DNA from: a virus
DNA length: 64,000 bases
IMG/VR virus record: IMGVR_UViG_3300044904_000056
Location: 1 to 64,000 of that record
Direction: 5' to 3' (one strand)
Shown here: piece after piece, positions 56,099 to 64,000 of the stretch
How positions within the stretch are numbered: the stretch's first letter is position 1
How the letters are laid out: each line of letters starts with the position of its first letter
Notes under the pieces: model-generated
Told to the model about the DNA's origin: nothing
The model's input: the letters and a program-made list of their open reading frames with translations, nothing else
Databases searched by the model: none
Position numbers and translations under genes: made by a program

Positions 56099-56826
56099 GG
56101 CTTCCTCGCTTTCCGGACGTACACCAAGTTGCCATTCGCGTCCTGAACAGCTATGACTTCAGTCTTAGAAGGATTAGCAGCCTTGGCTTTCGCTGCTTCT
56201 TCCTGCGCCTTCCGGGCAGCCTCTGCTATCGAGACACGGTTGTTAGCTAGACTGAGGGCTTGAAGGTTTGCCAAACGCTGCGCCTCCTCGATAGTGACGA
56301 TAAGGTTAGGGCCAGACCAAGGGGAGTCATTAGTGCTTCCCCGCTCTGCTGGCTGTACGGGTCCGTGGCTGTAGGGATGGGGGCCTTCTGGCTTATAGAC
56401 TGACTTCACGTTCTTGACGAGGCTGTTAGCCGAGTTGTTCCCCCAATCCGATGCCTGATTGATTGTTCCTGCATCGTTGAGAGACTGAACGTTCTGAGCC
56501 CCCGCATTGGAGGGAAGAACTGCAAAGAGAACTGCGACTGCTAGAATTGCGGATTTCATTTTCGAGTTTCCTTTCTGAATTGTTTTCTCCCACTCAATCA
56601 CCAGGTTGTTCGTTTCCATACTGCCTGTCTCAGTCCTAGTCAAAGTTGTCTGCAACTTTTTGTTGTGGAGGAAACCTTGATAGGTTCTACCATCTAGTAA
56701 TACCAGGACTTGGCCGGTAGGCACTACAAGTTCTGTCCGGCCATTCACCCAGTGAAACCGTACCAAACCACCGGAGTCTAATACTAGCTGAACGTCCTTC
56801 AGGAATGCCTTCAGGTTGTTTTTCAT
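56095..56826 (-). CDS. Hypothetical protein; an internal start at 56559 would give a secreted protein
   Basis: GGAGGAGG RBS at the first start; internal AAAGGA plus MKSAILAVAVLFAVLPSNAGAQ signal peptide. Confidence 0.55.
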   Translation of the reverse strand: MKNNLKAFLKDVQLVLDSGGLVRFHWVNGRTELVVPTGQVLVLLDGRTYQGFLHNKKLQTTLTRTETGSMETNNLVIEWEKTIQKGNSKMKSAILAVAVLFAVLPSNAGAQNVQSLNDAGTINQASDWGNNSANSLVKNVKSVYKPEGPHPYSHGPVQPAERGSTNDSPWSGPNLIVTIEEAQRLANLQALSLANNRVSIAEAARKAQEEAAKAKAANPSKTEVIAVQDANGNLVYVRKARKP

Positions 56827-56854
56827 TTCAGGCCTCCTCCACTTGTCAGATTCA

Positions 56855-57470
56855 AGCTAGACAGCGGCTAGGATGCTCTCCTGAAAGTCTCTTGTTGCAT
56901 TTCAGACGGCGCGATACAGAACGCGCCCAGATAACAAGAGTGCCTACTCTCAGATAGGCATTCAGAGCACCCGAGTCGCTGGACGGAGACGTTCCTAGCA
57001 AACTGCCTGCGGTATCCTCTTTCGAGGGCCTGATCTCCGTCTGCGCTGTTAGTGTTAGTGTTTGTAAAACTAGGTTCCACGCAGATTCACCTATACTTCG
57101 TTTTTACGTCCGTTCTGTCGGACGGTGGTAATATCTCGGGCCACCACGCCTAACCCTTTTGGATTCCTGGCTGGCTCTTTTTCCTCCGGAGAGGTATTTG
57201 TATGTTGAGCCGAGGTTCCGCACTCGAAAGTCCTTACGCGCCCTACTCGTGTACAGCGAATACAGGAGGGTTCAGACAGGCTACTCGGAAGGCTTTCGAG
57301 ACTCCTACGCTTTACGGTTTGAAGTATTCGCAACCCGGTTCAACGTCAACCCTCGACTTTCCCTGTTCGGTATTTCCGCTATGCAGGCCATAAGCCATAC
57401 GCGAAAAGGAGCCTAGCCCCCGAGACCGTCGTCGGTGGGGCAGAGGGTATATAAAGGATGTAGCTGAATC
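56855..57470 (-). ncRNA. Candidate large structured non-coding RNA
   Basis: No credible ORF; many nested stems, a GAAA tetraloop and crossing helices (see findings). Confidence 0.55.
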
Positions 57471-57490
57471 GGTGGAGGTGGGAACTCTCT

Positions 57491-57507
57491 ACGGGGGAAA
57501 CCCCCGT
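57491..57507. promoter_or_regulatory. GC hairpin after the small ORF
   Basis: ACGGGGG-AAA-CCCCCGT. Confidence 0.5.
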
Positions 57508-57515
57508 GCTACCTA

Positions 57516-57674
57516 CTACGCAGCGGTAGCCTGCCGGATAATCTGTTTCGCCGTCCGGATGACCTGTACGGGGGTCATGTGCTTGATTCCCCGCTTCCCG
57601 TGGCGGACCTTCGCAAATCCGCGAACGAGGGCACCCGTAAGAACGAGACCAGAATTTTTGGAATTGGTTTTCAT
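57516..57674 (-). CDS. Unannotated 52-aa basic microprotein
   Basis: AGGAG RBS; MKTNSKNSGLVLTGALVRGFAKVRHGKRGIKHMTPVQVIRTAKQIIRQATAA; double TAG stop. Confidence 0.6.
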   Translation of the reverse strand: MKTNSKNSGLVLTGALVRGFAKVRHGKRGIKHMTPVQVIRTAKQIIRQATAA

Positions 57675-58048
57675 AACGTCTCCTAGGGTGATGGTTTCAC
57701 CCGTAGAGAATTCCGTCTCCTACTTCTCCGCGATATGGGGTAACTCGAATTGCTTTCTCTCCCGAGGCTGTTCCCCGCCTACTCCTTCCGCCGTTTCCGA
57801 GCTAAAAAGCTCTACGCGGTAGGACTCTAGGAGAGGCCGTCCGGAACGTCTCCGGGGCCTCGGGCTTTACTTACTTTCGGCTTTGCGTCCTTAATGCCCT
57901 AGCGTTTTTCGCTCCGGTCGGACTATTTTAGGTTAGTCCGTTAGGAGGTTCTCTCCTATGTCCGTGGCCTATCCCCGCTCTGCCTTTTCGGGATACCCTT
58001 TATTTTTCAATGAGCAAAAGCTAGCGTCTAAACTCTAGCTTACAGGAA

Positions 58049-58078
58049 TATCTTCCCCTTTTTAGAGGTAGAAGTAAA
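58049..58078 (-). promoter_or_regulatory. Possible host sigma70-type promoter
   Basis: TTTACT-17 nt-GAAGAT just upstream of the hairpin series. Confidence 0.35.
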
Positions 58079-58128
58079 GCACTATTTTCCAGTACTTTCG
58101 TTTGAGTTACCCCCTAAAAAGCCTGGGA

Positions 58129-58842
58129 TTATGCAGAATTTCTGTTGGCGTTCCAACAAAAAATAAACCTGTCAAAGTGAGGGTTGAATTTACCCCCCGC
58201 TGCCCCCCGGTCAAATTCTGGTGGGTAAAAAACGTTGTTAAAGCATCTTTTTAGGTATTCAAGCCTACGCATTACATTCTTCACTCCTGCTTTCTTCTCT
58301 CTGGAAAAATGGTATTCCATCACGAGTTTGTTACAACATGGAATCAATTCGTCATCCAACAACCCAAACTCGCTCCCTTCAACATCCATCTTCACCCCAT
58401 CGAATATTCTCCCTGCAAAGAAATTTGCGTGTAAATTCGGAAGCCTCCCAGAAGGGTGTTCAGGCAAATTCCCTTTCACAATTGTTGCCCTGCTGAAATC
58501 TGTTTCTCTCCTCCCTTTGTAAAATTGTAGGGAGGATTTATGGAGATTCGTTATAGCAAATCTACGACAGCAAAATTCAGGAATATTCAAACGGAGGAGT
58601 CGAAAGCATTTTGGGTCAGGTTCATAGCATTCAGCCTTTGCTCCAAGAGAACGACAATATAATGCAAACGCTCCGATGTTTGCACCCAAATCTAACCATA
58701 ATTCACCCTCCTCAACATCAAAGCCAAGTCCCACTCTCCGGTAGCACCTCTTCACTAGACACTCATTTAGAACACTCTCATCACTTGTCCCTGGACGAAA
58801 ATACGCCTCCTCTAAACCAAATTTTCTCTTCTCAATTTTCAT
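58129..58842 (-). CDS. FkbM-family methyltransferase
   Basis: RPGTSD, WLDLGANIGAF, YEPDP, KMDVEGSE, MEYH. Confidence 0.85.
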   Translation of the reverse strand: MKIEKRKFGLEEAYFRPGTSDESVLNECLVKRCYRRVGLGFDVEEGELWLDLGANIGAFALYCRSLGAKAECYEPDPKCFRLLRLNIPEFCCRRFAITNLHKSSLQFYKGRRETDFSRATIVKGNLPEHPSGRLPNLHANFFAGRIFDGVKMDVEGSEFGLLDDELIPCCNKLVMEYHFSREKKAGVKNVMRRLEYLKRCFNNVFYPPEFDRGAAGGKFNPHFDRFIFCWNANRNSA

Positions 58843-59136
58843 TCAACTTCCCCACTTCTGGAGGAGCTTTCGTATTCTCACTCCCTGAGGACCTAGAAAA
58901 TAAGGCTCTAGGCATTCCAAGAATTCCTTTGCATTTTGGCCATAGAGGCGTACTCTTTCTCGGCAACTTTCTCCTTTTCCAGTTTTACGGTAGCCCCCTC
59001 CAAAATAAGTATGCACTAGTTTTGGAAAAAAGGGTTTCATATTCAATTCCACAAATCCTTTTCGGACGAATGCGCGCGACAGAACTACTCCTGCAAGAAG
59101 TGTTCTCAATTCCAAAGTCATCTTCTCTCTCATCAT
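58843..59136 (-). CDS. Degenerate LAGLIDADG-like protein
   Basis: LLAGVVLSRAF...FGGG...AKEFLECLEPYF. Confidence 0.4.
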   Translation of the reverse strand: MMREKMTLELRTLLAGVVLSRAFVRKGFVELNMKPFFPKLVHTYFGGGYRKTGKGESCRERVRLYGQNAKEFLECLEPYFLGPQGVRIRKLLQKWGS

Positions 59137-60074
59137 CTCCAGTCTCCATAAAGGAATTCCGCTTCATTCTTGTTCTTCTGGAACGTCTTCGCCTTTTCGA
59201 TTATGTCCCAGGACTTTTCGCGCCCAACGGAATTGACATCCTCACCTTCCGGAAATTGAGCGATTTTAACAGCCGGGACTGCTCCTTCAAAAGCCTTCGC
59301 AATCTGGACCGCTACGTGTTTGGTATTATCCTTTTCCTGAGGGCCATCGAGCGCAACAATCAGTTCTCGCAGCCATTTCTGGTATTGCAAGATATAATCC
59401 TTCTGAATCTCAGAAATCGTCTTGCCAAAAATCCCTAACACCAAATCTCTCCGGCTCGACAAGGAAGTAATTGTCATCACATTGATGATAGACTCTACCA
59501 ATACAATCCTTCTCGGCTTTGCTGCGGTTCCAAGCTGGTAGAGTAGCTCAGTCTTTTTCGTAGAGGTTGGATTGCGGAATTTTGGTTCTCTGTTCTTGTA
59601 TCTCCTTGCCTGAAAATACTGGACACTGCCCTCTTCATCCAGAACTGGAAATATGAAATACCCCCAGTACTTTCCTTTCTGGCAATAGCCAACTTGAGCA
59701 GCCTGGATGATTTTCCGATGCAGGCCACGATTCTGCAAATAGATGTACAGGTCATCACTTAGGCGGTCAGGCAGCTCATCTAGGATTTCAAACTCATCAG
59801 GAAGAGATACATCACCAACCGGGGTGCGTTTCAGATTCTCGGGAATGCGGTAGGGAATTCCTTGTTTAGAGAAGAATGCCTGAAGCCTACGCTCCGTTAC
59901 TCCACCTTTTTCATAGTACCAAATACAGCCTGAGTGGAAACAGCAGCCCACCCGCTTCTCTTCGTTGAAGGCAAAACGTCTAGTGGTATCATCACAGGCC
60001 GGACAGTCTGCTACGAAACCTTCCGAGGTGTCGCGAAGATTCTGAAAATGCCCTCGCAGAGTATCGTCGCTCAT
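59133..60074 (-). CDS. dnaG: DNA primase (Zn finger plus TOPRIM)
   Basis: CPAC...CF..GC, YLQNRG, IFPV...YFQAR, LVES, ALDG, EDVN. Confidence 0.85.
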   Translation of the reverse strand: MSDDTLRGHFQNLRDTSEGFVADCPACDDTTRRFAFNEEKRVGCCFHSGCIWYYEKGGVTERRLQAFFSKQGIPYRIPENLKRTPVGDVSLPDEFEILDELPDRLSDDLYIYLQNRGLHRKIIQAAQVGYCQKGKYWGYFIFPVLDEEGSVQYFQARRYKNREPKFRNPTSTKKTELLYQLGTAAKPRRIVLVESIINVMTITSLSSRRDLVLGIFGKTISEIQKDYILQYQKWLRELIVALDGPQEKDNTKHVAVQIAKAFEGAVPAVKIAQFPEGEDVNSVGREKSWDIIEKAKTFQKNKNEAEFLYGDWR

Positions 60075-61435
60075 CTCTTCCTTGCCTTCTTCCAATTGTC
60101 CTCAGGCTGATGCTCACTCTCGTTGACGGTGAACCGGTCACGGTCCAATTCTACATTTACCACCCCGCCCATCCCAACATCTCTCGCATACATCAGATAG
60201 ACTCTCGCCTGCTCCGGCTTCTGCTCGGCTTCCTCTTCTGTTTGACAAAAAGCTACTAGGAAGTCAAGAGTGAAAAGTTGAGAGATATCCTCGGCTATAT
60301 CCTCTGCTGACAGCCGTTTCTTTTTCAGACCTGCCCGATTCGTCTGAGTTGCTGTCCAAACAGGAATATCCCGCTCCGTCGCAATTCCCCGGAGGTCAAG
60401 AGCTACTTGGCCTACAGATAGGCGCTGCTCATCAAATTTCTGAGTGGGCCGAAAGACACGGATGTAATCCACGAATAAAACATCAATCTTGTACCCAAAT
60501 TCGGCTTCTACATCATCCAGCCAAAGGGAGATATCTTCAGCCGTCCCTTTTCCTGAAGGCCACTGCTGTATGTGAAGGCCCCCTTTCATCTGCTTATGGG
60601 ACACCTTGAGCCGCCTTCTTGCTTTCTTCAAAACCTTATTCAGCTTAGACCCTGCTTCTGTTGAAAGACTTGCCTTTGTCAATTCACTTGCCGGAATTTG
60701 CGTAATCATCGAGTCGATGCGTTTCCGGTATTTCTCTTTCGAGAGTTCCCCTGTTGCAATCGCTACATTTTTCCCTTTCCAGAGTGCCCCAACTGCAAAT
60801 CTTGCTAGTAGTGTGCTCTTACCAGCTTTGCTCCCTGCCAATATGATTGCAAGCTCCCCCCCACCAGGCCCCCCTCCCATTCTCCTGTCAAGCCGGGGAA
60901 GAAAGTGTGTCCCAACGACATTCCTCCTGTCTTCAGCCCAGCGATGCCTACTCATAGTGTCTCCCCAGTAATCCACCCCAAGATTTTTTGTTGAGTGAAG
61001 ATTTTCAAGGGCCTTCATCCTTCGGAGAACTTTGTCAAAATCTCCCGCGTTGATATCCCGCTCTGAGTCAACCAGTGCCTTCCGGTATTTCTGATCCTTG
61101 GCAAAACGAGTAGCTTTGCTACGGACAACAAATATGTCATCCAGCTTTTCTTCGAACGCACCACGTATCACCCGTTTGTACAGCGGCCATACATCCCGCC
61201 TGCGTTTCCCAAGATAGTCCTTCACCAGCACGGACAGGGAAGCCTTGGAAATTGTAATCAGCCCCCGCTCCTGCCTCTCAACCACTTCCTCTTTCATCAG
61301 ACGGCAGATATCTACGAAGATTGGGTTGGTGAAGTAGGACGGCTCAACTACCGGATGCGCTGCCCTCGGCTCCCTGATGTACCACGCCAACAACAATTTC
61401 TGAAAACTTTCACCCCAAGGATACTCATCAGCCAC
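60071..61435 (-). CDS. dnaB: DnaB-family replicative helicase
   Basis: GGELAIILAGSKAGKST, VDYI, WTATQTNR, IAED. Confidence 0.9.
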   Translation of the reverse strand: MADEYPWGESFQKLLLAWYIREPRAAHPVVEPSYFTNPIFVDICRLMKEEVVERQERGLITISKASLSVLVKDYLGKRRRDVWPLYKRVIRGAFEEKLDDIFVVRSKATRFAKDQKYRKALVDSERDINAGDFDKVLRRMKALENLHSTKNLGVDYWGDTMSRHRWAEDRRNVVGTHFLPRLDRRMGGGPGGGELAIILAGSKAGKSTLLARFAVGALWKGKNVAIATGELSKEKYRKRIDSMITQIPASELTKASLSTEAGSKLNKVLKKARRRLKVSHKQMKGGLHIQQWPSGKGTAEDISLWLDDVEAEFGYKIDVLFVDYIRVFRPTQKFDEQRLSVGQVALDLRGIATERDIPVWTATQTNRAGLKKKRLSAEDIAEDISQLFTLDFLVAFCQTEEEAEQKPEQARVYLMYARDVGMGGVVNVELDRDRFTVNESEHQPEDNWKKARKR

Positions 61436-61455
61436 TGGCTATTGTCTCCTGTTAG

Positions 61456-61464
61456 ATAGAACGC
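61456..61464 (-). promoter_or_regulatory. GCGTTCTAT upstream motif copy 6
   Basis: GCGTTCTATCTAACAGGAGACAATAGCCAGTG. Confidence 0.7.
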
Positions 61465-61474
61465 GGAGTTGGCG

Positions 61475-62149
61475 CTATCGTTCCAACTCAGATTTGATAC
61501 CCCGAATCACGCTGTGCCGGAGCCTCGAATTTTTCCTAAGCTCCCACAAGGCCCTCCGCACGTGTCTCCACTCCCTACTACTGTACAAATAGCCTGCAAT
61601 GAATAGGGGGCTCAAATCCTTGAAGATTGCGAGGAAGACTTGGCTTGATGGAACCCCAAGCTGCCTTTTGGCTTCCATAAATATCCTCGTGGAAGATTTC
61701 GCACTAGCATAGGCATCCTCCTCTGTCCATACATTGAGATACCGCTTCCAGTCCTCCTCCAGCTTGTACAACTGCCTGTCTTTCTTAACCAACCAGGTGT
61801 AGATTTCCAGAGCCTTATCGCTCGCCAGAAATGCCGGATGGGGCATGGTCCTCGAATTCTTGTAGTGGCCATACCGACAAAGCACCTTCACATACAGGCT
61901 TGGGTCTAGCTTCTTTTCAACCAGCTTCGGAGCAAGAAGCATAAATGCTCGCATTGCTCTCCAGCCTACCTTCGTCCTGTAGATATCCCAATCCCAAGTC
62001 CGCTTGTTCTTGTACGACCTGCTACGTTTGCTAACATCCTTCGATTTCGCAATCTTGTTGTACGTCAGCCTCAGAATCCCCATCACCAGCTTTTCACTTC
62101 CTGTCAATTTCCATCTCGGGAATCTCTGTGAAGTCCTTGCCATTCGCAC
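61475..62149 (-). CDS. Hypothetical replication-region protein (helicase loader candidate)
   Basis: Helical basic protein directly upstream of dnaB; function inferred from position only. Confidence 0.55.
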   Translation of the reverse strand: MRMARTSQRFPRWKLTGSEKLVMGILRLTYNKIAKSKDVSKRSRSYKNKRTWDWDIYRTKVGWRAMRAFMLLAPKLVEKKLDPSLYVKVLCRYGHYKNSRTMPHPAFLASDKALEIYTWLVKKDRQLYKLEEDWKRYLNVWTEEDAYASAKSSTRIFMEAKRQLGVPSSQVFLAIFKDLSPLFIAGYLYSSREWRHVRRALWELRKNSRLRHSVIRGIKSELER

Positions 62150-62254
62150 CTCTAGGATAAAAATAAATTTTTACTGCTAAAACAGGTATCAAACTAGTAT
62201 CAAACCCCTACAAAACAGGTAAAGCCAATCGAGAGAAACCTACCCTAGCCATAT

Positions 62255-62300
62255 CAAATCCCCTTCAAACCCCCTTCAAGCCCTTTCAAACCCCTCCAAC
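62255..62300. repeat. Tandem 11-12 bp CCCCTTCAAA-like repeats
   Basis: TCAAATCCCCTTCAAACCCCCTTCAAGCCCTTTCAAACCCCTCCAAC. Confidence 0.65.
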
Positions 62301-62441
62301 TCTAGGTATTTTCCTGCCTATATAGCCGATATCGGCGTAACAGCTACTATAGCGAATAGTAGCGTATATATCAAATAGTAGAGAATAGCAGCGAGCGTAG
62401 CGAGCTGCCTTCACACTGGCACTGTTGGAATTTTCCTACCT

Positions 62442-62750
62442 TCACTCTTTCGCAATTCTCAACCCAGCAAGATTGATGCGCTGCTGTTCCTTATCATCGA
62501 GCATATTGAAGTCACTTTCAAGCCTTCTCACCTCCCGGAACATAGGAGCAATCCTTCTAATCATCTCTAGCTCGTGCAATTCACCAATGATGGTATTGGC
62601 TATATGGTTGATGACCTCCCCCTCATTCAACAGGATTGTCTGCTTTGTTTCCAAATTAGCAGTGATGAAATTTGCTTCCTTACACTCATCAAAGCACCTT
62701 TCTATCAGACTCTGAAGCTCATAGCTAGTCACTACAGTCTTTGTTGTCAC
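62442..62750 (-). CDS. Hypothetical protein
   Basis: GTGA-coupled to the helicase. Confidence 0.55.
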   Translation of the reverse strand: MTTKTVVTSYELQSLIERCFDECKEANFITANLETKQTILLNEGEVINHIANTIIGELHELEMIRRIAPMFREVRRLESDFNMLDDKEQQRINLAGLRIAKE

Positions 62751-64000
62751 TTTTCCCTCCTGATGATTTTGATGTCTGCCATATCTTCCCTTTCATAGAG
62801 TTTCAGCCTCTTCACTGAATGCCGGAAGAGATATTTGTTGCCTTTGTCGATGAAATCAGTCACAAAAATTTTGTTAGGCCCCTTCTGCTTTGCCCTCAAG
62901 GTCCTCCCAAGCCTCTGGAGCACCAGCTCCATACCCTGACCCCCTGCACAGTTCACCCATGCGGAGATTTCAGGAACATCCATCCCCACGCTGAAAACGT
63001 CACTCACTACTAGAATAGGAACGCGGCCCCGCTTAAAATCGTTGATCATCCTTTCCCGTACAGGCAGAGGTGTTCTCCCGGAAAGGAACTCTGACTTCAA
63101 ATCTGTTGCCTGTTCTAGCTTATGGAGGAGCTTCAGCCCGTGTTTGATACGGACTACTGTAACTAGCACTTTCAAGTCCTTTTCAAGATAGCGGAGGACC
63201 TCTTTCACTGCTGTTCTGTTGCGCTTGCTGTTCCTAACTATCCCTTTCTGGTAGGATTCTGGATAGGTTGAATACTCCTCGCAAGGAACTTCGATGAACC
63301 GGATGTAAGGCTTTGCTGAACGGCCTTTCTCAACTAGCTCCTTGTTCCGAATTTCTGCTAGGACAGGCCCTGTCAGCCCAGTGTAGTGCATCATCTTGAC
63401 TTTGCTCTTCTCATCGATGGTTCCTGAAAGCCCAAAACGCATCGGAGCTTGGCAAAATTTCGTGATGCGGACAGCAGTAGCAGCCTTATTCAGATGGAAT
63501 TCGTCAAAGAACAGGATGTTGCACTTCTCAAGGAATCTCTTGAACTTCCATACGTGAAGGACATTGTTAGCCGTCTGAACTGTTGCAACAATAATCCCCT
63601 TGCTAGGAATCCGCTTCCTGCCTGCCCCTAGCATTGTGACAGGAATATCAAGGTGCTTCCGGAACCTCTCTGCCGTCTGCTTTACAAGGCTTGCCCGGTG
63701 AATAATTAGCAGAACTCTCGGGGCCTTCTTCAACTGCCTATGGTACTCTGCTATGATAGCGCAAGCCATCTCTGTCTTACCTGCGTTGGTAGCGCAGTGC
63801 AGAATCCCCCTACCGTTGAAGAGAGCCTGCCGGACAGCAGACAGTTGTTCCTCCCGGACTTCAACTTCATCCTGGAAATCGAACTTCTTGAAAGTCAGAT
63901 CAAACTTTGGGAGAGGCTTCCGCAGGTCGTGGATTTCAAGTTTCCCCTTATAGTGCTTCTTGACGTACTCGACTAGGCCTGATGCGAAGGTCCCTGACCT
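62747..64000 (-). CDS. SF2 helicase, UvsW-like (5' end outside the window)
   Basis: The frame extends upstream of the track ORF: REEQ...ILHCATNAGKT, DEFH, GLSGT, SVGMDVP, QRLGRTLR. Confidence 0.88.
   Translation of the reverse strand, partial: RSGTFASGLVEYVKKHYKGKLEIHDLRKPLPKFDLTFKKFDFQDEVEVREEQLSAVRQALFNGRGILHCATNAGKTEMACAIIAEYHRQLKKAPRVLLIIHRASLVKQTAERFRKHLDIPVTMLGAGRKRIPSKGIIVATVQTANNVLHVWKFKRFLEKCNILFFDEFHLNKAATAVRITKFCQAPMRFGLSGTIDEKSKVKMMHYTGLTGPVLAEIRNKELVEKGRSAKPYIRFIEVPCEEYSTYPESYQKGIVRNSKRNRTAVKEVLRYLEKDLKVLVTVVRIKHGLKLLHKLEQATDLKSEFLSGRTPLPVRERMINDFKRGRVPILVVSDVFSVGMDVPEISAWVNCAGGQGMELVLQRLGRTLRAKQKGPNKIFVTDFIDKGNKYLFRHSVKRLKLYEREDMADIKIIRREK

Noticed and set aside
56830-58128. 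tRNA, tmRNA or CRISPR array in the intergenic region
   Set aside because: I found no cloverleaf with T/D-loop consensus, no tag-peptide ORF and no repeat-spacer pattern by eye.
5551-62125. RFPR as a by-product of a DNA motif
   Set aside because: Synonymous codons differ at every position and the frame always matches a coding-strand ORF.
697-63976. Plus-strand ORFs in the track (e.g. 19433-20581, 49583-50503, 58611-59438)
   Set aside because: They lie antisense to well-supported minus-strand genes and lack RBSs or motifs, so they are shadow frames.
1-64000. Stop-codon reassignment
   Set aside because: Long conserved genes are intact under code 11, and TAA, TAG and TGA all end genes with tight coupling.

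Overview
The window is a 64 kb internal segment of a large tailed dsDNA phage genome of unknown host, with essentially all genes on the minus strand. From right to left it holds: (1) replication genes (UvsW-like SF2 helicase cut by the window edge, DnaB-type helicase, primase); (2) a 1.2 kb, mostly non-coding, highly base-paired region; (3) FtsK, a UDG-like protein, HU, a sigma factor and a Ser/Asp-repeat protein; (4) a thymine-hypermodification-type cluster (two methyltransferase-fold proteins, glycosyltransferase, PIG-L deacetylase, LMW phosphatase, P-loop kinase, 5-hmdU DNA kinase helical domain, thymidylate-synthase homolog, DUF3310); (5) a UDG-fused family A polymerase, SSB, RecA, 5'-3' exonuclease, SbcCD, a second sigma factor and a Mor-like activator; (6) TerS, a TerL split into two separated genes and an intein-containing portal; (7) small accessory genes and the start of virion genes. 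Homing endonucleases are scattered throughout. The most unusual observation is the tetrapeptide RFPR, found 16 times in 15 mostly unrelated ORFs with freely varying codons, mainly in DNA-acting proteins and near their termini. Other leads are a probable large pseudoknotted ncRNA, a hypermodification pathway with sugar-tailoring enzymes and no recognisable amino-acid:DNA transferase, and a six-copy upstream motif GCGTTCTAT. All protein calls come from motif recognition by eye, not database searches.
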